64,000 nt of DNA from Acidimicrobiia bacterium (GTDB lineage: Bacteria > Actinomycetota > Acidimicrobiia > Spongiisociales > ZC4RG35): assembly GCA_025928935.1 (NCBI GenBank), contig JAICNB010000001.1:18326-82325 (forward strand), read 5' to 3'. The translations under genes and the position numbers were made by a program. A model generated the notes under the pieces. The model ran no database searches, was not told the origin of the DNA, and saw only the letters and a program-made list of their open reading frames with translations. Below are positions 38,191 to 48,130 of this stretch, piece by piece; positions within the stretch are counted from its first letter, which is position 1, and every line of letters begins with the position of its first letter.

Positions 38191-38846
38191 TGGGCATCTT
38201 GTCCGAGTTGATCAAGGGCCTGCGGGTCACCGGGGGGATCATGATCCGCACCATCGCCGGCAACGAGCTGGTGACCACCGAGTACCCCAAGGAGATGCGG
38301 GTCAAGCCCCAGCGATTCCACGGGCGTCACGTCCTGAACCGCTACCCGGATGGGATGGAGAAGTGCATCGGGTGCGAGCTCTGCGCCGGCGCCTGCCCGG
38401 CGCAGTGCATATACGTCAGAGGCGAGGACAACGACCCGGACAACCCGAAGTCCCCCGGTGAGAGATTCGGCTACGTCTACGAGATCAACATGCTCCGCTG
38501 CATCTTCTGCGGCCTCTGTGTCGAAGCCTGCCCCACGGAGGCGATCACCATGACTCATCTCTTCGAGTTCTCCACCACCAATCGCGAGGACGCGATCTAC
38601 ACGAAGGAGACCCTGCTCATGGATCGGCGGGGCTCGGTGCCGCACATGTTCCCCGACGACGAGCTGGTCGACCTCGACGAGCTCGACAGCGCCGACGGAT
38701 GGGTGAGGGCCACCGCGCCATCGGGCGTGGCCGCCTACCAGGGGATCGAGATGTGGCAGGGCACCCCTGGACCGGGGGACTGGTCGCCCGAGCCCACCCA
38801 GGAAGAGCGGGACCGTCTGTCCCGGGACCGCACATCCGATGGTTGA
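38190..38846 (+). CDS. nuoI: NADH-quinone oxidoreductase subunit I, with about 60-aa acidic C-terminal extension
   Basis: ATG at 38190 overlapping the nuoH stop; two 4Fe-4S motifs (CIGCELCAGACP; CIFCGLCVEACP). Confidence 0.9.
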   Translation: MGILSELIKGLRVTGGIMIRTIAGNELVTTEYPKEMRVKPQRFHGRHVLNRYPDGMEKCIGCELCAGACPAQCIYVRGEDNDPDNPKSPGERFGYVYEINMLRCIFCGLCVEACPTEAITMTHLFEFSTTNREDAIYTKETLLMDRRGSVPHMFPDDELVDLDELDSADGWVRATAPSGVAAYQGIEMWQGTPGPGDWSPEPTQEERDRLSRDRTSDG

Positions 38847-39363
38847 GACGATCCTCTTCGTGCTCGCCGCGGCGGGCGCCCTTGCCGGCGCAGTGACGGT
38901 GGTGCTGGCCCGCAACCCCATCTATTCAGCGGTCGGCCTGCTCGGCACGTTGTTCTCGGTGGCCGTCCTCTACGTCGTCCAGCTGGCCCATCTGGTGGCC
39001 GCGGTCCAGGTCATCGTCTACGCCGGGGCCGTGATGACCCTCTTCCTCTTCGTGATCATGCTGATCGGGGTCGACAAGGAGGAGAAACGCGAGGAGAACC
39101 TGCCGCGACAGCGTCTGTGGGTCGGGGCAGTGGCTGGGGTCATCATCCTCTTCGCAGCCGGAGTCGCCGTTTTCGGTGACTTCGCCTGGGTGCCGGCGGC
39201 CACGGGACCGGTGGACCAGGAGGCGACCAATGGAACGGTGCAGGCCATAGCCGAGCCGTTATTCACCGATTGGGTCCTCGCCTTCGAGGCGACCGCTCTT
39301 CTCCTCACCATCGCCGCGGCCGGCGCCGTCGTCCTCGCCATGTTCAGGAGAAAGAGGAACTAG
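38839..39363 (+). CDS. nuoJ: NADH-quinone oxidoreductase subunit J
   Basis: Hydrophobic 174 aa; position and [22 protein letters not shown] motifs. Confidence 0.85.
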   Translation: MVETILFVLAAAGALAGAVTVVLARNPIYSAVGLLGTLFSVAVLYVVQLAHLVAAVQVIVYAGAVMTLFLFVIMLIGVDKEEKREENLPRQRLWVGAVAGVIILFAAGVAVFGDFAWVPAATGPVDQEATNGTVQAIAEPLFTDWVLAFEATALLLTIAAAGAVVLAMFRRKRN

Positions 39364-39665
39364 TGGTCGACGTCGGCTGGTACATGGCCCTGGCCGCTGC
39401 GCTCTTCTTGATCGGGGCGCTGGGCATGTTGCTGCGACGCAACGCGCTGGTCATGTTCATGTGCATCGAGCTGATGCTGAACGCAGTGAACCTCACCCTG
39501 ATCTCGGCTGGCCGTGCGCTGAACGACCTCGATGGTCAGGTGGCGGTCTTCTTCATCCTGGTGGTCGCCGCAGCCGAGGTGGTGGTTGGCCTGGCCATCA
39601 TCGTGGCCATCTTCCGCCGACGGGCCACTGCGTCGGTCGACGAGCTGAGCGAGCTGAGAGGATGA
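39363..39665 (+). CDS. nuoK: NADH-quinone oxidoreductase subunit K
   Basis: GTG 39363 (or ATG 39384); 3 TM; [14 protein letters not shown] signature. Confidence 0.85.
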   Translation: MVDVGWYMALAAALFLIGALGMLLRRNALVMFMCIELMLNAVNLTLISAGRALNDLDGQVAVFFILVVAAAEVVVGLAIIVAIFRRRATASVDELSELRG

Positions 39666-39747
39666 GAGACAGCATCTCGCGAGCCCAGGGTTCCGGTCGC
39701 CCGTCAGCGAAGTCTGGCCCCCTGAGCTCGGGCAGGGAGATCACCAG

Positions 39748-41634
39748 GTGATCGACCTCCTCTGGCTGGTGATCGCCCTGCCTTTGGGTGGGGCCGCTTT
39801 CCTCCACTTCTTCGGTCGCTATGTGAGAGAGCCTTTGAGCGGCTGGCTGGCGTCGGCCGCTATCGGGACCGCCTTCTTCATCGCCGCCATTGCCGCGGTT
39901 CCCTTCTTCCAGGGCGAAGCCGAGCCATCCACCATCCCGATATGGGAGTGGATGCCGGCGCTCGGGGCCAACTTCGAGCTCTTGTGGGACCCGCTCGCCG
40001 CCCTGATGACCCTGGTCGTCACCGGGGTCGGGACCCTGATCCACGTCTTCGCCATCGGCTACATGCACGGTGACGAGCGATTCCACAGGTTCTTCACCAA
40101 CCTCAACCTGTTCGCTGCCTCGATGCTCACCCTGGTCCTGGCCGGGAACTACGCCATGTTGTTCTTGGGCTGGGAGCTGGTCGGTCTCTGCTCGTACCTG
40201 CTGATCGGCTTCTGGCACACCCGGCCCACCGCGGCGGCCGCGGCCAAGAAGGCGTTCGTGGTGAACCGGATCGGGGATCTCGGCTTCATGATCGGGCTGA
40301 TGGTGGTCTTCGCCACCTTCTCGACGTTCTCCTACAGCGGGATCTTCGAACGAGCTGGAGAGGAGCTCACCGGCGGGCTCGCCACCGCAATCGGGCTGCT
40401 GTTCCTGGTAGGGGCGGCAGGGAAGTCGGCTCAGATCCCCCTCTACGTCTGGCTGCCCGATGCCATGGAGGGCCCCACCCCGGTGTCGGCCCTGATCCAC
40501 GCCGCCACCATGGTGACCGCCGGCGTGTACGTGATCGCCCGCTCGGCCCCCATCTACGAATTCACCCCGTTCGCCTCCACGGTCGTAGCTTCGGTCGGAG
40601 CGCTGACTGCGATCTGGGCCGCCTCGATCGCCCTCGCCCAAAGGGACATCAAGAAGGTGCTCGCCTACTCGACGATTTCCCAGCTCGGCTTCATGTTCCT
40701 CGCCGTGGGCGCCACCGCCTACGTGGCAGGGATCTTCCATCTGATGACCCATGCGTTCTTCAAGGCCCTGCTCTTCCTGGGCGCGGGCTCGGTGATCCAC
40801 GCCATGAGCGACGAGCAGGACATGCATCGGATGGGTGGGCTCTTCCGCAAGATGCCGGTGACCGCGGTGACCATGGCCATCGGGGCACTTGCACTGGCCG
40901 GCATACCGCCCCTGGCCGGGTTCTGGTCGAAGGACGAGATCCTCGCCGCCGACTTCGCCCGGGGTGGATGGTTCTATTTCCTCTGGATCATCGGGCTCAT
41001 CACGGCGTTGCTCACCGCCTTCTACATCACCCGGCTGTGGGTCTTGGTGTTCCTCGGCGAGCCACGCTGGGAAGAGAAGGCTCACCCCCACGAGTCGCCG
41101 AGGGTGATGACCCTGCCCCTCATCGCGCTGGCGGCGCTGTCCTTCGTTGGTGGCCTGGTCAACACGCCGTTCCGGTTGACGCTCGAGCACTTCCTCGAGC
41201 CCAGCTTCGAGGGGGTGCACATCCAGCACGCCACCGACGACTGGCTGACCCTTGCGATCCTCGCCGGGCTCTCCATCCTGGCGGCAGCGGCCGGGGCAGG
41301 GGCGGGATACCTTGCCTATCGGCGCCCGCCCGAGCGATGGAGGAGGTTCGAGGATTCCTTCGAGCCGTTGTGGGGGACCTGGGAGCAGGCCTATGGAGTC
41401 GACGACCTCTACGGTCTGACGCTGGTGACGCCAGGGCGAAGACTGGCCGAGGCCGCAGCCTTCTCGTTCGATGCCGGTGTGGTCGATGGGGCTGTCAACG
41501 GGGTGGGCCGGGTGGTGCGGGGCATGGGTGATTGGATCCGGCCTCTCCAGACCGGGTTCGTGCGCAATTACGGGGTCCTGTTCTTGGCCGGCGCCGTCGT
41601 GGTCGTTGCCTGGCTGGTGGCGGGAGGGTCCTGA
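39748..41634 (+). CDS. nuoL: NADH-quinone oxidoreductase subunit L
   Basis: Antiporter-like subunit; 628 aa; conserved WLPDAMEGPTPVSALIHAATMVTAGVY. Confidence 0.95.
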   Translation: MIDLLWLVIALPLGGAAFLHFFGRYVREPLSGWLASAAIGTAFFIAAIAAVPFFQGEAEPSTIPIWEWMPALGANFELLWDPLAALMTLVVTGVGTLIHVFAIGYMHGDERFHRFFTNLNLFAASMLTLVLAGNYAMLFLGWELVGLCSYLLIGFWHTRPTAAAAAKKAFVVNRIGDLGFMIGLMVVFATFSTFSYSGIFERAGEELTGGLATAIGLLFLVGAAGKSAQIPLYVWLPDAMEGPTPVSALIHAATMVTAGVYVIARSAPIYEFTPFASTVVASVGALTAIWAASIALAQRDIKKVLAYSTISQLGFMFLAVGATAYVAGIFHLMTHAFFKALLFLGAGSVIHAMSDEQDMHRMGGLFRKMPVTAVTMAIGALALAGIPPLAGFWSKDEILAADFARGGWFYFLWIIGLITALLTAFYITRLWVLVFLGEPRWEEKAHPHESPRVMTLPLIALAALSFVGGLVNTPFRLTLEHFLEPSFEGVHIQHATDDWLTLAILAGLSILAAAAGAGAGYLAYRRPPERWRRFEDSFEPLWGTWEQAYGVDDLYGLTLVTPGRRLAEAAAFSFDAGVVDGAVNGVGRVVRGMGDWIRPLQTGFVRNYGVLFLAGAVVVVAWLVAGGS

Positions 41635-43163
41635 TGCTCACGGCGCTGGTCCTCCTCCCCGTCGTCGCCGCCATCGTCGTCATGCTCGTCCCTGGGGGCC
41701 GTCGGGAGGTCCATCTCCCGCTCGGTATCGCCCTCTCGATCTTTCCCCTCGCACTGGCCGGCTACCTGTTCTGGGTGTTCGAGCCTGCTGCCGGGTTCCA
41801 GTACGTCGATCGGGTCACCTGGTACGAGCCGTGGGGCATCGACTGGCACCTCGGTGTCGACGGGATCTCACTCCCGATGGTGGTGCTGACCACCCTCCTC
41901 GTTCCCATCGCACTCGCCGCCTCCACGTCGATCGATCGGCGGATCAAGGAGTTCGTGGTCTACACGCTGTTTCTCGAGGCGGGTTTGATCGGGGCCTTCC
42001 TCTCCCTCGACCTGTTCCTCTTCTTCGTCTTCTTCGAGGCGATGTTGATCCCGATGTATTTCATCATCGGGATCTGGGGCAGCGAGCGCCGGATCTATGC
42101 CGCGATGAAGTTCCTCATCTACACCGCCTTCGGGTCGGCGCTGATGCTGGCCGCCATCATCGGTCTCGCCCTGACCCACGTCGACCAGACGGGGTCGGCG
42201 TCCTTCGCCCTATCCGACCTCGCCGCCCTGGATCTCAGCGTCGGGGCCGAGCGGCTCTTCTTCGCCGCCTTCGCCATCGCATTCGCCATCAAGGTGCCGC
42301 TGTTCCCGTTCCACACCTGGCTACCCGACGCCCATGTCGAGGCACCCACCGCCGGATCGGTCCTTCTCGCCGCCGTCCTCTTGAAGTTGGGCACCTACGG
42401 TCTGCTCCGTTTCAACATGGCCCTGTTCCCGGAAGCCTCGGTGGACGCAATCCCGATCATGGCGATCCTGGCGGTGATCGGGATCATCTATGGGGCGGTG
42501 GTGGCGATCGTCCAGCCCGATCTCAAGAAGCTGGTGGCCTATTCCTCCGTGAGCCACCTCGGGTTCATCGTCCTCGGCACCTTCGCCCTCACCTCGGGCG
42601 GGCTGCAGGGTGCCGTGATCCAGAACGTGAACCATGGCCTCACCACCGGGGCCCTTTTCCTCCTGGTGGGGATGATCTATGACCGGAGGCACACCAAGAA
42701 GATCGCCGACTTCGGTGGTCTGCAGAAGACGGTCCCCCTCCTCGCCGGGTTCTTCCTGTTCATGACGTTCGCCTCGATCGGCCTGCCCGGTCTGAACGGG
42801 TTCATCGGGGAGTTCCTGGTGCTGATGGGGAGCTTCCCCGCCCTCCCCAGTCTCACCGTCATCGCCGCCCTCGGCGTCGTGCTCGCCGCCATCTACCTGC
42901 TCTGGGCCTACGAACGGGTCTTCACCGGTGTGCCGGACAAGGACGAGAACAAGGCCCTCTCCGACCTGTCGGCACGTGAGATCGCTCTGCTTGCACCGCT
43001 GGCGGCTCTAATCGTGGTCATCGGGATCTATCCCGGCCTGCTTCTGGACAAGATCACGCCTTCCACCGAGGCGGTGATCGACCACGTCGTGGAGCAGACC
43101 GATTTCGTCGTCCCGGAACCGGGTCGTATCGCCGATGTCCACGTGGCGGGTGACGAGGGATGA
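41634..43163 (+). CDS. nuoM: NADH-quinone oxidoreductase subunit M
   Basis: ATG at 41634 overlapping the nuoL stop; antiporter-like; FPFHTWLPDAHVEAPTAGSVLLAAVLLKLG. Confidence 0.95.
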   Translation: MLTALVLLPVVAAIVVMLVPGGRREVHLPLGIALSIFPLALAGYLFWVFEPAAGFQYVDRVTWYEPWGIDWHLGVDGISLPMVVLTTLLVPIALAASTSIDRRIKEFVVYTLFLEAGLIGAFLSLDLFLFFVFFEAMLIPMYFIIGIWGSERRIYAAMKFLIYTAFGSALMLAAIIGLALTHVDQTGSASFALSDLAALDLSVGAERLFFAAFAIAFAIKVPLFPFHTWLPDAHVEAPTAGSVLLAAVLLKLGTYGLLRFNMALFPEASVDAIPIMAILAVIGIIYGAVVAIVQPDLKKLVAYSSVSHLGFIVLGTFALTSGGLQGAVIQNVNHGLTTGALFLLVGMIYDRRHTKKIADFGGLQKTVPLLAGFFLFMTFASIGLPGLNGFIGEFLVLMGSFPALPSLTVIAALGVVLAAIYLLWAYERVFTGVPDKDENKALSDLSAREIALLAPLAALIVVIGIYPGLLLDKITPSTEAVIDHVVEQTDFVVPEPGRIADVHVAGDEG

Positions 43164-44599
43164 TCACCCCGCCTGAGATCTCCTGGTTGGCCATCGCCCC
43201 CGACCTGGCCCTCACCCTCGGAGCCGCCCTGGTACTGCTGGTGGATGTGCAGTGGAAGCCTGTGGCGCGGGTCCACGCCTGGGTGTCAGGGGTCACCGTC
43301 GCCGTGGCCGCCGGCCTCACTGTCGCCCAGTGGATTCAGGCCGCCCCTGCGGACGCACTCGCCTTCTCCGGTCTGATCACCATGGACGGATTCGCCATCT
43401 TCACGCGTCTCGTGCTGATAGCGGCGACGGCGCTCGGTCTGGCAGCGGGGTGGCGCTTCGTGGCCGGGTTGGGTCGTCGTGGGGCCGAGGCGATCGCCCT
43501 GGTCCTGCTGGCGACGAGCGGCTTCTCCCTGATGGTGGCCTCGAACAACCTGGTGATGATGTTCATGGGCCTCGAAGTCGGTTCGATCGCGCTCTACGTC
43601 GTCGCCGGACTGGCCCGTGAGCGGAGGGAATCGGAGGAGGCGGCGATCAAGTACTTCCTGCTCGGGTCGTTTGCCTCGGCGATCTTCATATATGGCGTCG
43701 CCCTGATCTATGCAGGCACCGGGCAGTTCGAGATAGTCGGAATTCGCGATCTTCTCGCCGGGTTCGTCGTGTCCAGCCCGGCCGTCATCTACATCGGCGT
43801 GGGGCTGGTGGTGGTGGGGCTCGCCTTCAAGGTGTCGGCGGCGCCCTTTCACGCCTGGGCACCAGACGTCTACCAGGGGGCGCCGGCCGGGCTCGTCGGG
43901 TACATGGCAACCGTGGCCAAGGTGGCCGGTTTCGCCGCCATCGCACGCATTCTGCTCACCGGTGTTCTGGACCTCTCCGGCAGCTGGCTCCCGGTGGTGG
44001 CCGGGATCTCGGTGGTCTCCATGCTCCTCGGCTCGGTCCTTGCCCTGGTCCAGGGCGACGTCAGGCGTCTTCTGGCGTATTCGGGGGTGTCTCACGCCGG
44101 CTTCATCATGACCGGTGTGGTGGGTGGGGCGACCGATGCGGTCCTCTTCTATCTGGCCATCTACGCCATCCAGCTGATCGGCGCGTTCGCGGTTGTCGCG
44201 GTAGTCGCAGGGCCCGACGCGGCCGGCTCCAGCATCGATCAATACCGTGGTCTCGGCCGCCGCAGCCCGCTGCTCGCCGGGGCGTTCACCGTGATCTTGC
44301 TCGGCATGGGCGGCCTGCCCGTCACCTCCGGGTTCGTCGCCAAGTTCGGAGTCTTCACCGGGGCATGGGCCGAGGGTTACGAGTGGCTCGTGATCGTGGC
44401 GGTGGTGGCCACGGTGGTGGCACTCGCCTTCTACATCCGGGTCATCGTCGTGATGTACATGGACGAGGCCCAGGAAGAGGGAACCCTTCGAATCGGGCCC
44501 GAGCGTTGGGTCTTGGTGTTGGCTGTCGCCGCGACGATCCTCTGGGGCATCTTCCCCGCGTCGCTTCTCGATCTGGCGGCTGATGCACTTCCCATCTAG
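43160..44599 (+). CDS. nuoN: NADH-quinone oxidoreductase subunit N
   Basis: Antiporter-like; APFHAWAPDVYQGAP motif; overlaps the nuoM stop. Confidence 0.95.
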   Translation: MITPPEISWLAIAPDLALTLGAALVLLVDVQWKPVARVHAWVSGVTVAVAAGLTVAQWIQAAPADALAFSGLITMDGFAIFTRLVLIAATALGLAAGWRFVAGLGRRGAEAIALVLLATSGFSLMVASNNLVMMFMGLEVGSIALYVVAGLARERRESEEAAIKYFLLGSFASAIFIYGVALIYAGTGQFEIVGIRDLLAGFVVSSPAVIYIGVGLVVVGLAFKVSAAPFHAWAPDVYQGAPAGLVGYMATVAKVAGFAAIARILLTGVLDLSGSWLPVVAGISVVSMLLGSVLALVQGDVRRLLAYSGVSHAGFIMTGVVGGATDAVLFYLAIYAIQLIGAFAVVAVVAGPDAAGSSIDQYRGLGRRSPLLAGAFTVILLGMGGLPVTSGFVAKFGVFTGAWAEGYEWLVIVAVVATVVALAFYIRVIVVMYMDEAQEEGTLRIGPERWVLVLAVAATILWGIFPASLLDLAADALPI

Positions 44600-45779
44600 G
44601 TACGCAACCCTCGCCCTCGTCGCTGCCGGCTTCGTGCTGGGGTCTACGAGCACCGCATCGGCCGCTGAGACCGCTGCATCAGAGCTGGTGATCATCCCCG
44701 AGGCGGACACCGTCGAGGGCGATCTGTACGCCGTTGCCTCGCGAATCTTGATCGAGGGTGTAGTGGATGGGGACTTGATCGCCTTCGCAGCCGAAGAGGT
44801 CGTGATCACGGGTGAGGTGAGCGGCAGCGTGACGGCGGTGGCGCCGACTGTCGTGGTGCGCGGGGTGGTCGAAGGTTCGGTTCGAGCCACGGCGAACCAC
44901 GTCGAGGTGTCGGGATCGGTGGAAGGTGACCTGGTCGGGGCGGCCGTGACTGTCGAGCTCATGCCGGAATCGTCGGTGGAAGGAGACGTCCTGATCTGGG
45001 CCTACCGGCTGACCGCGGCGGGATCCATCGGGGCCGATATGGAGGGCTCCCAAAGGGTGCTCGAGCTGGAGGGATCGGTCGAAGGGGACGTCGATGTCAG
45101 TGTCGGCCGCCTCGTCGTAACCGGCCCCCTCGAAGTCGGGGGCGACCTCGGCTATCGCTCCGAACGGGGGGCGGAAGGGTTGGAGCAGGCCGACGTGGGC
45201 GGAGTGGTCGCCCGGAAAACCCCATTGCCACCGAATATCAGGGTGCGAGCCCTGGGGATCCTCACCCGATTCCTGGTGGTGCTCGGCCTCACCTCGGCAG
45301 CGCTGCTCGTGGGGTGGGGCTGGCCCGACCGGACAGCCTTGGCTGGAGACAGGGCGCGATCCCGTCCCTGGCGATCATGGGGGTCCGGCGCTCTGGTCAT
45401 CCTCTCCCCAGTCATCGTCGCCGCGGTGGCCGCCCTGATCGCCGCGATAACACCCGCATCGGCCTTCGTCCCCCTGCTCGCCATCTTCGCCCCGGTCATC
45501 GTCGCCTTGTCGGGGATGGTGCTGGTCCTGCTGCTCGTGGCAGGGGTGCCCTCGGTCCTCGCCATCGGTCACGCCCTGCGCGGCGATCGAGGCATGTTCG
45601 GCGCGATCGTCTTCGGGTCAGTCGTGGCCGGAGTCGTCTGGTTGTTGCCCTACGTCGGATGGTTGGTGCCACTGGTGGTGCTCCCGCTGGGTCTCGGAGC
45701 CTGGGTCCTCGCCTTCAGGGATGATGAGCCCGGCCAGACGGAGCCGGTGGGGGATCAGTCGGAGGCTGCGACGACCTGA
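44583..45779 (+). CDS. secreted protein with bactofilin-like (V/I)xGx(V/L) repeat beta-helix region and C-terminal polytopic membrane domain
   Basis: Signal peptide (ALVAAGFVLGSTSTASA); about 14 repeats of VEGDL/VEGSV/VDGDL; C-terminal about 170 aa with 4-5 TM; start overlaps the nuoN end by 17 nt. Confidence 0.55.
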   Translation: MHFPSRYATLALVAAGFVLGSTSTASAAETAASELVIIPEADTVEGDLYAVASRILIEGVVDGDLIAFAAEEVVITGEVSGSVTAVAPTVVVRGVVEGSVRATANHVEVSGSVEGDLVGAAVTVELMPESSVEGDVLIWAYRLTAAGSIGADMEGSQRVLELEGSVEGDVDVSVGRLVVTGPLEVGGDLGYRSERGAEGLEQADVGGVVARKTPLPPNIRVRALGILTRFLVVLGLTSAALLVGWGWPDRTALAGDRARSRPWRSWGSGALVILSPVIVAAVAALIAAITPASAFVPLLAIFAPVIVALSGMVLVLLLVAGVPSVLAIGHALRGDRGMFGAIVFGSVVAGVVWLLPYVGWLVPLVVLPLGLGAWVLAFRDDEPGQTEPVGDQSEAATT

Positions 45780-48130
45780 GCCACTTCGACGGTGCCGTCG
45801 AAGCGCTTCTCGACGGGAGCGGATCCCTCGATGACCGTGAACGACCCGGCCTCATGGAGGGCGCTCGACGAGGTCCCCACGTGAACCTGGATGGTGCCGG
45901 GCTCGACCACATAAGCCAGGTCCGAGTCGTAGAACCCAAGCTGGCCAACCGGGATTCGGAAGACGACCTGTCTGGTCGCACCCGCCGGCACCTGGGCCCG
46001 GGCAAACGCCTTCAGCTCGAGAACGGGTCGGGTCACGCTGGCGACCGGGTCTCGCACGTAGACCTGGACGACCTCGTCCCCGTCGATCGACCCGGTGTTG
46101 GTGACCGAAGCAGTGACGGTCACCTCGCCATCCCATGAGACCTCGCCAGGTGTGACTGCCAGATCGGCGATCTCGAAGGTGGTATAGCTCAGGCCGTGCC
46201 CGAACGGATAGAGCGGGCCCACGGCCCCGTCTACATAGTCGCCTTTCCACTGGGAGCGACCCCCGGAGACCTTGTGCGAGTAGTAGACGGGGACCTGGCC
46301 GGCCGATCGGGGATGGGAGATGGGGAGCTTGCCCCCCGGGTTGGAGGCCCCGGACAGGACGTCAGCGATCGCCCCCGCGCCCTCTTCCCCAGGCAGCCAT
46401 GCCTGGATCACGGCGGCGCTGTTGCGATGAGCCCACTCGCTGGCCAATGGCCTCCCAGCGACGAGGACCAGGACGACCGGTGTGCCGGTCTCGATCACGG
46501 ACCTCATCAGGTCTTCCTGAGCACCGGGTAGGTCGAGGGAGAGTCGGTCCCTCCCCTCGCCCGAGGTGGAATCGGTCGTGAGGCCGGCCTTGTCCCCCAT
46601 CACCATGACCACGACCGATGCGTCGCGGGCCAGCACGACCGCCTCTTCGAACCCTTCTCTCGATGACCCGTTGACCTCGCATCCACGGGCATAGGCGACG
46701 CGATCCCCGAATCGGGCCTGTAACTCGTCGAGCACACTCGGAACCGGACGCATGGTCCCTTCCAGGCTCAGATCCCCCGAGAAGGGGACGGAGAAGACGT
46801 TGTCGTGGCGCATCTCGAGAAGGGACTCGATGTGGGCCGGATAGGTGTAGTCCCCGTAGAGGTTGCGCCAGTCATGGGCGTTGGGCCCGATGACGGCGAT
46901 CGTGCCGTCGCCTGGCTCGATGGGCAGCGCACCGTCGTTGGCGAGGAGGACGATGCTCTTCTCCGCGATGAGCCTGGCCAGGGCTCGCTCGTCTCGTGTG
47001 TCGATGAAACCTGCGACGAGATCCACGTCGACGTACGGCGTCTCGAACAGCCCGAGCTCGAACTTGGATGTGAGGACGCGTCGCACCGCCGTGTCCACCA
47101 GCCCCACGTCGATCCGGCCGCTCTGCAGCCCGTCGAGCAGGGGCTCGCCGTAGCAGTCGGTGCCGGGGAGCTCCACGTCGATCCCGGCGATCAGGGCGGT
47201 ACGTGCGGCGTCGGACCCGTCGACCGCCACCTGGTGATAACTCTCCAGCTGACGCACCGAGAAGTAGTCCGCAACGACGGTGCCGCCGAACCCCCAGTCC
47301 TCTCGTAGCAGGCCGGTCAGCAGTTCGCGATCGGCTCCGCAGGGGATGCCGTCGAGCTCGGAGTAGGCGTTCATCACGGACGCCACTCCCGCCCGCACCA
47401 CCGCCTCGAACGGATGCAGGTATACCTCGCTGAGCTCACGCCTCCCCACGTGGGGGGGAGCCCAGTTGAGCCCGCCCTCGGAGGCGCTGTATCCGACGAA
47501 GTGCTTGGCAGTGGCTGCCACGCCCTTGGTCAGGTCCATTCCTTGCAGACCCTCCACGAAGGCCGTGCCCATGCGGGCGACGAGATATGGGTCCTCGCCA
47601 TAGGTCTCCTCGGTTCGTCCCCAACGCGGGTCGCGGGCGACGTCGAGCACGGGAGACAGCCCATGATGCGCGCCTACGGCCCGCATCTGTCGCCCGACAA
47701 CCGCGCCCATTTCCCGGACCAGGCCGGGCTGCCACGTCGAGGCGACTCCAATCGCCTGCGGATAGACGATCGAGTCTCGGGCCATCAAGCCGGAGCAGAT
47801 CTCCTCGTGCACGATGGCCGGAATGCCCAGTCGGGTCTCTTCGAGCAGGAACCGCTGAATCTCGTTGGCGAGCCGGGCGGCCTCCACGGCTCTCAGGTTG
47901 CTGGCACCGGATATCCGGGTCACGTGACCGAGCCCCTTCCCCAAGAGCTCACGTGCCTTCGAATCGGCGAGCCGCCCGTCCTCGATCAGCTGGAACACCC
48001 AGGCACTTCCGAGCTGGGCGATCTTCTCTTCGAGGGTCATCTGATCGAGCAGGCGCTCCACCCTGTCGGCCACGGGCAGGGCCGGATCGCGGAAGTCGGG
48101 CAGGCGGCCGTCGGCGGTCACGGCGGTCAT
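45755..48130 (-). CDS. GH3 family beta-glucosidase (or beta-xylosidase)
   Basis: ATG at 48130 overlapping the upstream permease stop (ATGA); GH3 N-terminal catalytic domain (KHFVGYS; GFGGTVVADY) and C-terminal fibronectin-like domain. The 1016-aa ORF extension upstream of 48130 is rejected. Confidence 0.85.
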   Translation of the reverse strand: MTAVTADGRLPDFRDPALPVADRVERLLDQMTLEEKIAQLGSAWVFQLIEDGRLADSKARELLGKGLGHVTRISGASNLRAVEAARLANEIQRFLLEETRLGIPAIVHEEICSGLMARDSIVYPQAIGVASTWQPGLVREMGAVVGRQMRAVGAHHGLSPVLDVARDPRWGRTEETYGEDPYLVARMGTAFVEGLQGMDLTKGVAATAKHFVGYSASEGGLNWAPPHVGRRELSEVYLHPFEAVVRAGVASVMNAYSELDGIPCGADRELLTGLLREDWGFGGTVVADYFSVRQLESYHQVAVDGSDAARTALIAGIDVELPGTDCYGEPLLDGLQSGRIDVGLVDTAVRRVLTSKFELGLFETPYVDVDLVAGFIDTRDERALARLIAEKSIVLLANDGALPIEPGDGTIAVIGPNAHDWRNLYGDYTYPAHIESLLEMRHDNVFSVPFSGDLSLEGTMRPVPSVLDELQARFGDRVAYARGCEVNGSSREGFEEAVVLARDASVVVMVMGDKAGLTTDSTSGEGRDRLSLDLPGAQEDLMRSVIETGTPVVLVLVAGRPLASEWAHRNSAAVIQAWLPGEEGAGAIADVLSGASNPGGKLPISHPRSAGQVPVYYSHKVSGGRSQWKGDYVDGAVGPLYPFGHGLSYTTFEIADLAVTPGEVSWDGEVTVTASVTNTGSIDGDEVVQVYVRDPVASVTRPVLELKAFARAQVPAGATRQVVFRIPVGQLGFYDSDLAYVVEPGTIQVHVGTSSSALHEAGSFTVIEGSAPVEKRFDGTVEVAQVVAASD

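Noticed and set aside
39598-44962. Long antisense ORFs opposite nuoL and nuoN (39598..41229 -, 43286..44962 -)
   Set aside because: His/Gly/Arg/Asp-rich shadow ORFs opposite canonical complex I genes.
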